This document shows positions 31,687-40,978 of a stretch of DNA of 64,000 nt, one piece after another; the first letter of the stretch is position 1; every line of letters begins with the position of its first letter. Source of the stretch: Rebecca billardiae RCC1528 (Eukaryota > Protista > Haptophyta); assembly GCA_965240325.2 (NCBI GenBank), contig OZ251224.1, positions 1,736,001-1,800,000 on the forward strand, given 5' to 3'. The notes beneath the pieces are model-generated. The model did not search any database. It worked only from the letters and a program-made list of their open reading frames with translations, and was not told the DNA's origin. The position numbers were made by a program, and so were the translations under genes.

Positions 31687-34578
31687 TCATGGTGGCTGCT
31701 GCCGCCTGCCTGGCCCCTCGCTCATGGCACAACCGAGTGCGCGCTGCTCAGCCGGGAGCCGGGGCCAGGGCCAGCCCCCACGTCCGTCGCGCTCGCAGGC
31801 GCGGACTGGTGCACGGCGGCGGCCATCGTCGACTCCGAGTCGGTGTACTCGGGCGGCACCGCCGATGCCAGGCCTGCGAAGCGGGTGCAGGGGCGGATGG
31901 CGCGTGGGGCGGGGCGCGGGGGGGCGCGTCGGTCCGAGCGCAGCGAGCACGCGGTGCGTCACCGCCAACCCGCTCTCACCTGCTGCGCCGTCGGTCGCTC
32001 CCTCCGCGGCCGCGAACGCTGCCGACACGGGCGGCAACGGGAGCAGGTCGATGGGTGGGCCGGGCGGCGGCAGCGCGCGCGGCCACCAGTTCACGCGGTC
32101 GAGCAGCCCCATCGCGGCGGGCACGAGCACCGTGCGCACGAGCAGCGCGTCAATCAGCACCGACGCCGTGAGCAGGAAGGCGAGCTCGTTCAGCGAGGTG
32201 GAGGAGGAGAAGAGGAGCGCGCCGAAGGCGATGGCCATGATCATGCCCGCCGCGGTGATCAGCGGCCCCGAGCTCTCCAGCCCCGCGGCGACCGACTCGC
32301 GCTCGCTCAGCCCCTGCTGCCGGAACTCGAGGATCCGGCCGAGCAGGTAGATGTCGTAGTCGCACGCCAGCCCGACCATGATCGGGAGGGAGAGGATGGG
32401 CGTCGACCAGGAGAGGTTGCCCGCGTGCGGCACGGAGGGCCAGTGCGTCCACGCGAGCGCGCCGCGGCCGTACACGAGCCACGCGCAGCCCATCGAGAGC
32501 ACGAGCGAGCCGCTGATCGTGAGCACCGCGCGCAGCGGCACCACCGCCGAGCGGAACGCCGCGCCGAACAGCACGAACACGACCGAGAGCGTGATGCCCA
32601 CCATCAGCGGGAAGTACTCGTACACCAGCGCCACCGAGTCGTTCATCGCGATGGCGCCGCCGACCAGCCCGAACGTGTCGGTGCCGCCCGCCTCGGCCTC
32701 CACCTGCGCGAACGCCGCGCGCACCGCCTTGAGCCACGCCGTCGCGCGCGCGGAGAAGGCGTCGTACGAGAGCGCGAGGGACACGTAGGTCGCGCTCGCG
32801 TTCACGCCCGCGTCCGCGTCGCCGTTGGTGAACTGTCGCCACGCAAGCCTGGCCTCAGTGCACACCGGCCGGCGCGCGAGCTGCTCGAGCGCGGCGCACG
32901 CGGCGGCGTCCGCGTGCAGCGCCGCGTGCAGCAGCTCGAACGGCACGTCCGTCGCGCCCGACATCATCACGCCCGTCACGTTCACGCTCTCGGTCGCGTT
33001 GGCGAGCTCGAGCGCGCGCCGCACGTACGCCCTCGAGCGGTTGAAGAAGTCTGCCGACTCGACCACGCCGTCCGCCGGCTGGATGAGCACGTTGAAGGGG
33101 AAGAGCGCGCCGGAGCCGAACGCGTCGACCATCTCGGTGTACGCGATCGACGCCTCCGCGTCGCGCGGCATCGTCTGCTGCTGCGACTGCGACGTCTCGA
33201 TCGCCGCCACCTGCAGCGCGCTCGGCAGGAGCGCGGCCACGAACGCGACGAGCACGAGCCAGCGGTACTCGAGCGCGAGCGTGCTCAGCCGCGCCCAGAA
33301 GGTGCCCGGCGCGGCGCGCTCGGGGAGGCTGCCCACGCGCGTGGGGTCCTTGCGCACGAGCGAGGCCGACATGCCCTGCTCGTCCGCTGCCGCCGCCGCC
33401 ATCTCGGAGTCTGCGCCGCCGTCAGCAGCGCCGCCGCCGCCGGCCGCGGCGGCGCCAGCGTCCGCCGGCCGGCGGCCGCAGCGGCAGCACAGCTCGATGC
33501 GCGAGAAGAAGGCGGGGAAGGCGAGGATGAGCGCGGGCAGCAGCGTCAGGTTCACCGCGACGGACACGACGATCGTCAGCCCCGTCGCGAGCCCCAGGCT
33601 CGAGATCAGCCCGATCGGAAAGAAGAGCAGACCGAAGAAGCAGAGGGCGAGCGTCACGCCCGACACGAGCACGGTGTGGCCCGCGTAGCACAGCGCGGCC
33701 GCGAGCGCGGCGGCGGTGTCCGGCGCGGCGCCGTGCGCGAGGATCTCCTCGCGGAAGCGCGAGAGCAGGAAGAGCGAGTAGTCGATGCTCGTCGCGAGCG
33801 TCGCCGAGAGCATCATCGACGGCGCGAAGTTGGCCACGAAGATGAGCTCGGAGATGGGCCACATCAAGAAGTACGAGGTGCCGGCCGTCGCGCCGATGCA
33901 CGCGAGGGTGATGAGCGCGAGGCGCCAGGAGCGCACGATGTACAGGAACGGGATGAACGCGAAGGGCACCACCTTGGGGTGCACCTGCTCCACGTCGTGC
34001 GTCACGCCGTCCAGCGCCGCCTGGAGGAAGTAGGGCTCGCCCGCGAGCTTCACGTCGAGCCCGGACGGCGCGCGCGCGTGCACGTGCTCGCGCAGCCCGG
34101 TCGAGAGCGCGTCCGAGGCGTTGGTGGGCAGGGACACGACGATGAGCGAGGCCGTGCTGCGCTCGGGCGCGCTCGGCTCGTTCACGAACGGGCCGGTGAG
34201 CTCGGGCAGCCCGCGCTCCTCAAACGTGTAGTACCCGACCATCGAGGCGTTCGCGTCGAGCCCGGCGCCGCGAGCCCAGTGGGCGAGGTCGTGGGTCAGG
34301 GCGCGCAGCTCAGAGCCGAGCACCGCGGCCCCGTCCACGCGCCGGACGACCGCCGTCACCTTCACGTCCGTCTGGGGGAAGAGCTCCTCGAACGCGCGCG
34401 AGGCGTTGTACCCGAGCGACGCCTTCGGGACGGAGAAGTCAATGGCGGTGTTCGCCGTGAAGCGCGAGGCAAAGATCGCGCCGAGGACGGTGAGCACGCC
34501 CCAGGTGCCGATCAGGGCGTATCGAAACCGAGTGAGCGCCGCGACGGCCACGCCGTTCGGAGGCTGCTGAGGGCGCAT
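31687..34578 (-). CDS. MMPL/RND-family multi-pass membrane transporter (C-terminus uncertain)
   Basis: Two repeats of TM bundles with IDYSLFLLSRFREE, AGHTVLVSGVT, GLACDYDIYLLGRILE, ITAAGMIMAIAF and LIDALLVRTVLVPA...NWWP. Confidence 0.88.
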   Translation of the reverse strand: MRPQQPPNGVAVAALTRFRYALIGTWGVLTVLGAIFASRFTANTAIDFSVPKASLGYNASRAFEELFPQTDVKVTAVVRRVDGAAVLGSELRALTHDLAHWARGAGLDANASMVGYYTFEERGLPELTGPFVNEPSAPERSTASLIVVSLPTNASDALSTGLREHVHARAPSGLDVKLAGEPYFLQAALDGVTHDVEQVHPKVVPFAFIPFLYIVRSWRLALITLACIGATAGTSYFLMWPISELIFVANFAPSMMLSATLATSIDYSLFLLSRFREEILAHGAAPDTAAALAAALCYAGHTVLVSGVTLALCFFGLLFFPIGLISSLGLATGLTIVVSVAVNLTLLPALILAFPAFFSRIELCCRCGRRPADAGAAAAGGGGAADGGADSEMAAAAADEQGMSASLVRKDPTRVGSLPERAAPGTFWARLSTLALEYRWLVLVAFVAALLPSALQVAAIETSQSQQQTMPRDAEASIAYTEMVDAFGSGALFPFNVLIQPADGVVESADFFNRSRAYVRRALELANATESVNVTGVMMSGATDVPFELLHAALHADAAACAALEQLARRPVCTEARLAWRQFTNGDADAGVNASATYVSLALSYDAFSARATAWLKAVRAAFAQVEAEAGGTDTFGLVGGAIAMNDSVALVYEYFPLMVGITLSVVFVLFGAAFRSAVVPLRAVLTISGSLVLSMGCAWLVYGRGALAWTHWPSVPHAGNLSWSTPILSLPIMVGLACDYDIYLLGRILEFRQQGLSERESVAAGLESSGPLITAAGMIMAIAFGALLFSSSTSLNELAFLLTASVLIDALLVRTVLVPAAMGLLDRVNWWPRALPPPGPPIDLLPLPPVSAAFAAAEGATDGAAGESGLAVTHRVLAALGPTRPPAPRPTRHPPLHPLRRPGIGGAARVHRLGVDDGRRRAPVRACERDGRGGWPWPRLPAEQRALGCAMSEGPGRRQQPP

Positions 34579-34858
34579 CGCGGCCTCCGCTTTGGCGCGC
34601 CCGCTTCAAGGGTCCCAGCGCGGGTGCGTCCGGAAGGACCGCATTGTTTTTGTGGCGCGAAAATGAGGCGAGGAAAACCATTTTCATTTTTTTCGCCGCC
34701 TTGCTGGGCCTTTTCGGGCTTCGGTTGTTATTAGTGAGCTTTCGAGCTTTCGACCAATCAACGGCCCGCGCAGCCAAGCTAGCTGAAAGCGCGCTTGCTG
34801 GCTATCATAGAGCGACCAAACATCAGCAGCAGGGCGCGAGCAACCCCGGCCCGCTCAC

Positions 34859-37119
34859 ATGGACGCGACGCCACCCAAGCGCCGCGGCCGCGCCGGCGTG
34901 CTGCTCGTGGCGCTATGCGCCGTGGCAGCCATCTACTTCACCGCGACCACACTCGTCTTCTCCGGCATCCGGCCACACGGCGCGGACTCAGCCGGCGTCG
35001 AGCAGCGCGCGTTTCCTCGCATACACCGCGCCGCGGCCTCTGCCGGCGCCGAGGATGGGCCCCACGAGCGCGAGGCCCGCACAGAGGCGACGGTGCGCGC
35101 CGCGGAGATCGTGGAGACGCCTGGCGGCCCGCCAGCCTCCCTCCCCGCCGAACCCGCCGAATGCCTCGACGACGATGAGCACTGCCCGGGCTGGGCCGTG
35201 CGCGGCGAGTGCTGGTCGAACGAGGATTTCATGCGCACGTCGTGCCGCCGGTCCTGCGGCACGTGCGCCCCGCCCTCGCGGCTGGAGGCCTGCCCGACCG
35301 CCTCCACCGACGTCTCGCGCCGCGACCCGTCGTCCGAAGTCAACCTCGAGATCATTAACGAGCAGATGCGCAACTTGGAGCTGCTCTGGGTGCAGCCGGA
35401 CGGCGCGGAGAAGCGCTACTGGGTGATCGACGCGTACGGCACGTTCCAGACGTCGACGGGGAAGGGCGACATCTGGCGACTGCGGATGAAGACGGGCGAC
35501 CTCGCCGCCGAGATCCTCGTCACCGCGAGCTCTGGCCACCAGATCCACGTCGTGCGCCCGTGCCTGCCCGAGCCGCAGCGCGCGGCCGTCGAGTACGCAG
35601 AGCGATTGGACGTCGAGCTCGAGGGCGGTGCGGACGCGCTCGCGGCGTGCGACCCGTGGGCGCAGCTGAGCACGCGCGAGCCAGTGCCCGGCATGCACGT
35701 CGCGTGCGTGCTCCGGCCCTCGGCGCGCGCGCCGCCCGGCTCGCACGCCACGCTGGCCGTGTACGCGGAGGCGTGGACGCGGCACACACGGCGCAGCGCG
35801 AGCGTGCTGCCCACGGCGGTGCTCGCGCTGCCCGAGGCCGTGGAGACGGGCGAGGGCGTCGCGCGGCTCGTGATGGACCGGCTCCAGGTCGTCCGTCGCG
35901 GCCCGCTCCACCAGCCGCCCGCCCTCTTCTCGCCCGCGGGCGTGCGGCTCGAGTCGTGGGCGCAGGTGTCGCGGCACGCGTGCGTGATCGTGCAGGAGGG
36001 CGGGCAGTGGATCTGGCCGCCCGTCGAGGTGGGCCACACGCGCACGCTGTGGATCGACGACGGCGTGGCGCCGCGGCACGTGACGCTGGAGACGCGCAGC
36101 CTCCGCCCGATCGCCTTCTCCTCGCCCGACTTCATCCGCGAGGAGGAGGCCAGCCTGATCGTCACGCGCGCGGACGGGCACATGTTCAGGTCGGGCGTCG
36201 CGCTCAAGACGGCCGACGCGGGGCACAAGGACGCCGAGTACCGCACGTCGTCGCAGTGGTCGTTCCCGCTGTGGGAGGACGCGATCATGCCGCTCAACCG
36301 GCGCGTGCAGCAGCTCACGCGCGTGCCGGTCTCGCAGGCGGAGCAGATCCAGGTGCTCCGGTACAACCACATGGAGCACTACTCTGCACAGTGCGCGCGC
36401 GCGCCCCGCGCGCGCGCCGCGCGTCCCGGCGCGCGCGCGCGGCGCGAGCTCTGGCCGACGCGCGTGCGGTGGCGTGCCCCCGCGATGCCACCTTGCCTCG
36501 TATCGCAGCCACGACTTCTTCGACCCGGGAGACTACAACGGCCGCGATCGCGAGGGCGGATATGCGAGCAACCGCATGGCGACGGTGAGCGCGCGCGCAC
36601 ACTGCGCCGCCCCGCTTGGCCCGCGGCCCGCCCGCCTCGCTCGCCCGACGGCGCGGACTCGCGAGGGGCGCGTGCTCACGCTCTTCCCCCTGCACGCCGC
36701 GCCGCCCGACGCTCGCGCGTGCGCCCCCGCGCTGCCCACGCGAGCAGGTCTTCTTCTACCTCAACCAGCCCGTCCGCGGCGGGCAGACTGCGTTCCCACG
36801 CGCGGGCAAGCTGCCGCAGCCGAGCGACTTCCTCGACTGCACGATCGGCCTGCCCGTCGATCCGCAGTACAAGGCGGTGCTGGTCTTCTACTCCATGCTG
36901 CCGAATGGCGAGTTCGACCACTGCAGCCTGCATGCCGGCTGCGACGTCCACGAGGGCGTGAAATGGTCGGCGAACTACTGGCTGTGGAATACGCCGCGGC
37001 GAGGGAACCCCAAAGCGCAGGCGATCACTGGCGATCTGAAAGAGGACTTTGCGGCCCCTGCTAGTGCAGGAAGTGAGGAGACCGTCAGCGCCGCAAGGGG
37101 GGCGCACGGCAGCGAATGA
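34859..37119 (+). CDS. Type II membrane prolyl 4-hydroxylase with ShKT and VHL-beta-like domains (introns 36391-36508, 36585-36747)
   Basis: The spliced product has QVLRY...YSAHHDFF (HxD), NRMATVFFYLN...GGQTAFP and SLHAGCDVHEGVKWSANYW. ShKT CLDDDEHCPGWAVRGEC...CRRSCGTC. Confidence 0.88.
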
Positions 37120-37579
37120 GCAGTCCTGAAATGATTGTGCTGAGACGTACTAGCGCGCTGTCATATTCTGAGTACGTTTGTCATAATTATTATTATTATA
37201 ATTTGCATGTCGCAGGACAGACGATGTCGACATCGCGTATGTACTAACTCACTATTTCGTAGTGCCAGCCCGTCAGATAATAATGCTGAGCGGCTACACA
37301 CCGCCGCCGCCGATCATCTCGGCAGCAGTTATTTGAGGACGATGTTTCGTCGTCATGAATGACTGCTGACGACGTCCTGAGTCAGTGCTGACGACCGTGC
37401 TGGGGCTGTCTATGCGCAGGCCGCGGACGCCACCGACGAAGCGCCGCAATATTCCGAATAATAAGCCGCCGCCAAGCCGCAAGCGGACCCTGCGACTGAA
37501 CTGTCATCTGCTGAAATCTGCGCATCACTCGGGATCATCACTGCATGATGACGAAGACGAACACTCGGAACAATATATA

Positions 37580-37779
37580 AGGGCGTTCCCGGGATCCTGC
37601 CACACGCTCCCGAAAAGCAAAGCCCCCCTGCAGAGGGGTTTGCCTTTTTCCGTATTCAATGTACCCGCTTCAAATGGACGAAGCCCGTTACAATAGGAAG
37701 ACGGTTCAAATTGGCGTACAGTTTACTAAGAATAAGAGACGCACACAGCAACAGTATGACCGATGCGGGGAACGCCCCT
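37580..37779 (+). mobile_element. Family H MITE containing a 36-bp remnant of a family C transposon
   Basis: AGGGCGTTCCC...GGGAACGCCCCT ends; TTGGCG-TA-CAGTTTACTAAGAATAAGAGACGCACACAGCAACAG-TA-TGACC at 37711-37761. Confidence 0.8.
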
Positions 37780-38541
37780 GAGGCGGCGGTATAAGTGTTT
37801 CAGTCTAAGTGGCGTTCACAACAACGCGCACGGAGTATCAGCCGAGTGCCGACCACCTACCGACGACACCAGTAATACGGTCAGTAGTTACCTCAGTTAG
37901 AAATCCGCTGACAGTGACCGACAGCGAGTCCGTTTCAGCATCATCACTACACAGTCTGAATGTGCTAATGACTTTGAGTCTGCTCATCAGTAGTAGTCAC
38001 TGGCTTTTATATCACGACGCGGTTGCACTCGACGGACGCGTGATGACGGGGCGCAGACCGACGGCGAGCCGCCATCACGCCTCGCGCGGCTGGCGTGCGG
38101 CGCGGCGCGTGGCTGCGACGCGGACCGGTTAGTCTGGTGCAGAGGTCAGCGCCGCTGTGGCCGGCTGTGGGACCGCCTTCGCCACTGTCGGCCGTGTCGG
38201 CATCGGACGAGAGCGGCGGCGAGTGCCTGGCCGACTCGGACCTCCTGTCTTAACAAGGTGCTGCAGGGGTGCTGCCTGCTGGCGACTACTCCCCTTGTGG
38301 CGGCGGCACTTGCTACTTGCTTCCGAGGGCGTTCCCGACCGGGATCCTGCCACACGCTCCCGAAAAGCAAAGCCCCAATTTGCCCCCCTCTCCGTCTGGG
38401 GGGCTTTGCCTTTTTTCGTATGAATTTAATGTACCCGCTTCAAATGGACGAAGCCCGTTCCAATAGCTAGGAAGATGGTTCAATTTGGAATTTTTTTTCC
38501 GGCGGCGCTACCATCGGCGACGACGGCTTCATGGGCGGTGA

Positions 38542-40456
38542 CAGTTTACTAAGAATAAGAGACGCACACAGCTCAGGCAGGCGAGATTGACGCCCGCCAA
38601 CTGTCACCGCCCATGAAGCCGTCGCCGATGGTAGCGCCGCCGGAAAAATTCGTTCAGCCGTCCGCCTGCGAGGCCTGGATGAGGGCTGCGGCCGCCTCGC
38701 GGCGCGCCAGCGCCCGTCGTCCTCGCCCCACCGTCGTCCACAAAACGTCGTCGTCCGAACTCGCCGACTGGGCGCCGATGCGACAGCGCGCCGACAGAAT
38801 GAGGATGTAGTAGGGAATGTAGAGCCCCACTGTCGGTTGGGGAAGGTGTGTATCAAGCGGCATGACTGGGGTAGCTTATCACACAGAAGGCCTGGCCCTC
38901 AGGTGATATGTGCCCCAGTGTGGCGAGTCGGCCTCAAAGCCGGCGGCAGGGTTCTGTGGCCCGGAGCAGGGTTTGCTGGCGCATCAGCTGTGTGGGCCGG
39001 GGCGTCCGGCTGTTTGCGTTTGCGGGCCGGGGCCGGCACTGATGCCACCCCACCGCTCATGCTGGCCTGCATGTATGGCTGCTGCCCAAGGTCAGCCCCT
39101 GCTGGCTTCTCCCGGGCAGGCTGTGTCGGCGCGCCGGGTGCGCGCGAAGCGTCGTTTTGCTGGTGTGGAGCTGCAGTCATGCCTGCGCCGCGCGTGCGGC
39201 GCTGGCACAGCCTGGCAGACTTGCGTAGGGGCGGGGCGTCCGGCCCCGCAGGCGTCGGGGGTCTGGGCTGGTCAGGAGAGGGGGCGCCAGGCCAGAGAGG
39301 CTGCTTCAGGGTATCGGAATCCGGGCGGCTCCGTTTGGCCGGCGGGCCACGCCCCACCGCAGGGGGGTCGCCACGCGGCGCGACGGGTGGTGCTTGAGCG
39401 CCGGCGCTGCTGCTGGCACCTCCTTGGCTACACCCCCGGGGGTGTCCAAGCGGGGGGGCGAGTGCCACCGGTGACTGGGGGCTGCCTGTGCAGGCCCTGT
39501 GCATAGGGCGCTTACCGGTGCCCGCCGCGGTGCTGGGCGGAGGCAGCGCAGAGCTGTCAGGCAACCGCCGCTGCCCATCACCAGCACCTGTGCCATGGTC
39601 TTCAGGGCAGTCGTCTGGCCGGTCCCTGGGCTGTTTGCCGCGCCGGTTGCTTGTGGGGCAGCTCTCCCTGTCCTTGAGCCCCGGTCGGCTCGGCAGCGGC
39701 AGCACAGGCTCGTAGTGCCCGGTGCCATCAAAGTACACTGCTGCAAGAGTTGGGTCACGCGCAAGGAGGCGTTCGCGTACCGACTGTTGCTGGCGCGGGC
39801 CCACTGGAGCTCCTGCAGGCTCCCCCTGCGGGTGTTGCCAGCGTTGGGGGTCCGTATACACTGGGTTGTTCATGCTGGACCACCGCGGCACGTGCCTATA
39901 CAGCGTGCACGCCACCAGGTGCCCGAGTGCATCAGAGCTCTCGGGCCTGCCTGCTGTCCCACCAGCAGGGGCAGCCTGGCTGGCGCGCGGCTGGAACACG
40001 GCGATGTCACGCCCCATGACGGCAGCAACCGCTGGTATCATGACCGTGGGCCAGTACCTCGACGCCCCACCGGCGGCGAGCCTGCCATCGGCCCCGTATC
40101 GTGCGGCAGCCCTGAGCGGCGCGGCGAACTCTTGCAGGGTTGGCTGGGCGCCCTGCCCATGGTACGTGGCCCTATAGCTGTCTGACATGCTGATGGCCTC
40201 CAGTCCATCCGCATCCACGAGCCCCAGTTGGAGCCGGTGAGTCCGTGAGAGACGTGCCGTGCCGAGCACCCAGTCCACAGCAGCTGCCCTGAGGAAGCGG
40301 ACTGCCTGGTAGGCGGCGGTGCAGGGGCCCACTGCGGCGGCACGCTCCTCGACATAGCCCATGGCTGCCAGCAGGAGGCAGTCCCCATGCATGCACGTAG
40401 GCGGGCGTCAATCTCGCCTGCCTGAGCTGTGTGCGTCTCTTATTCTTAGTAAACTG
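38542..40456 (+). mobile_element. Family C TIR transposon, 1.9 kb, ~57-bp perfect TIRs, no recognisable transposase
   Basis: CAGTTTACTAAGAATAAGAGACGCACACAGCTCAGGCAGGCGAGATTGACGCCCGCC and its exact inverse at 40400-40456, followed by TA. Confidence 0.9.
38899..40392 (-). CDS. Transposon-borne ORF with an OTU-like cysteine protease domain and Pro-rich tail (497 aa)
   Basis: GDCLLLAA (Cys loop), YW...IPAVAAVMGRDIAVF and VYFDGTGHYEPV (His loop), in OTU order. Confidence 0.55.
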   Translation of the reverse strand: MHGDCLLLAAMGYVEERAAAVGPCTAAYQAVRFLRAAAVDWVLGTARLSRTHRLQLGLVDADGLEAISMSDSYRATYHGQGAQPTLQEFAAPLRAAARYGADGRLAAGGASRYWPTVMIPAVAAVMGRDIAVFQPRASQAAPAGGTAGRPESSDALGHLVACTLYRHVPRWSSMNNPVYTDPQRWQHPQGEPAGAPVGPRQQQSVRERLLARDPTLAAVYFDGTGHYEPVLPLPSRPGLKDRESCPTSNRRGKQPRDRPDDCPEDHGTGAGDGQRRLPDSSALPPPSTAAGTGKRPMHRACTGSPQSPVALAPPLGHPRGCSQGGASSSAGAQAPPVAPRGDPPAVGRGPPAKRSRPDSDTLKQPLWPGAPSPDQPRPPTPAGPDAPPLRKSARLCQRRTRGAGMTAAPHQQNDASRAPGAPTQPAREKPAGADLGQQPYMQASMSGGVASVPAPARKRKQPDAPAHTADAPANPAPGHRTLPPALRPTRHTGAHIT

Positions 40457-40978
40457 TATGAGGAACCGATGCGGGGAACGCCCCTGTCGTGACAACTCAT
40501 GCAAGTCAATTCGGTCATACAGTATTACCCCCATACTATAATTAGTACTACCCTCATACTAGTACTAATCAACGCCTATCACAATCCCTTGGTTGGAGCA
40601 AGGGCGGTAGTTGGAGACTTGCAGGTCGTAACTTCAAACTTGTTAGTACTAGGGTGTTGCGCTCGCTCTATGGTGCCTCCGTGGGTTGTCAGATGAAGCG
40701 CATTTTTTTCGCGCACAAGCGCCATCATCCAATCAAAGGGACCAGGGCGGGAAACCAGGTGAGATGCCAATCTCGCGGCGGCGCTGATGTCTGATTGGCC
40801 TATTTCACAACCAACTGTAAATTGCATGATGCAAAGATTCCGCACAGTCGTCATCAATTTGAGAATAAAACTCCTTGGGAAGCCGCCGCGGCTGGTGCAA
40901 GCGGAGGGAGACCCGCGCGCGAGGGCGCACTGGTGGGCGCCCCTCCCCGCGAGCAAACCGCGCACTCGGTCGGCGGCG

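Larger units (their letters stand above)
38326..40485 (+). mobile_element. Family H MITE hosting the 1.9-kb family C element
   Basis: The left part (38326-38490) and right part (40457-40485) match the copy at 37580-37779. Confidence 0.75.

Noticed and set aside
40787-40978. N-terminal extensions in the ORF track (also 22470-22784, 15291-15599, 10531-10677, 5652-6134)
   Set aside because: They run through promoter-like or neighbouring sequence, several from non-ATG starts. Downstream ATGs give sensible N-termini.
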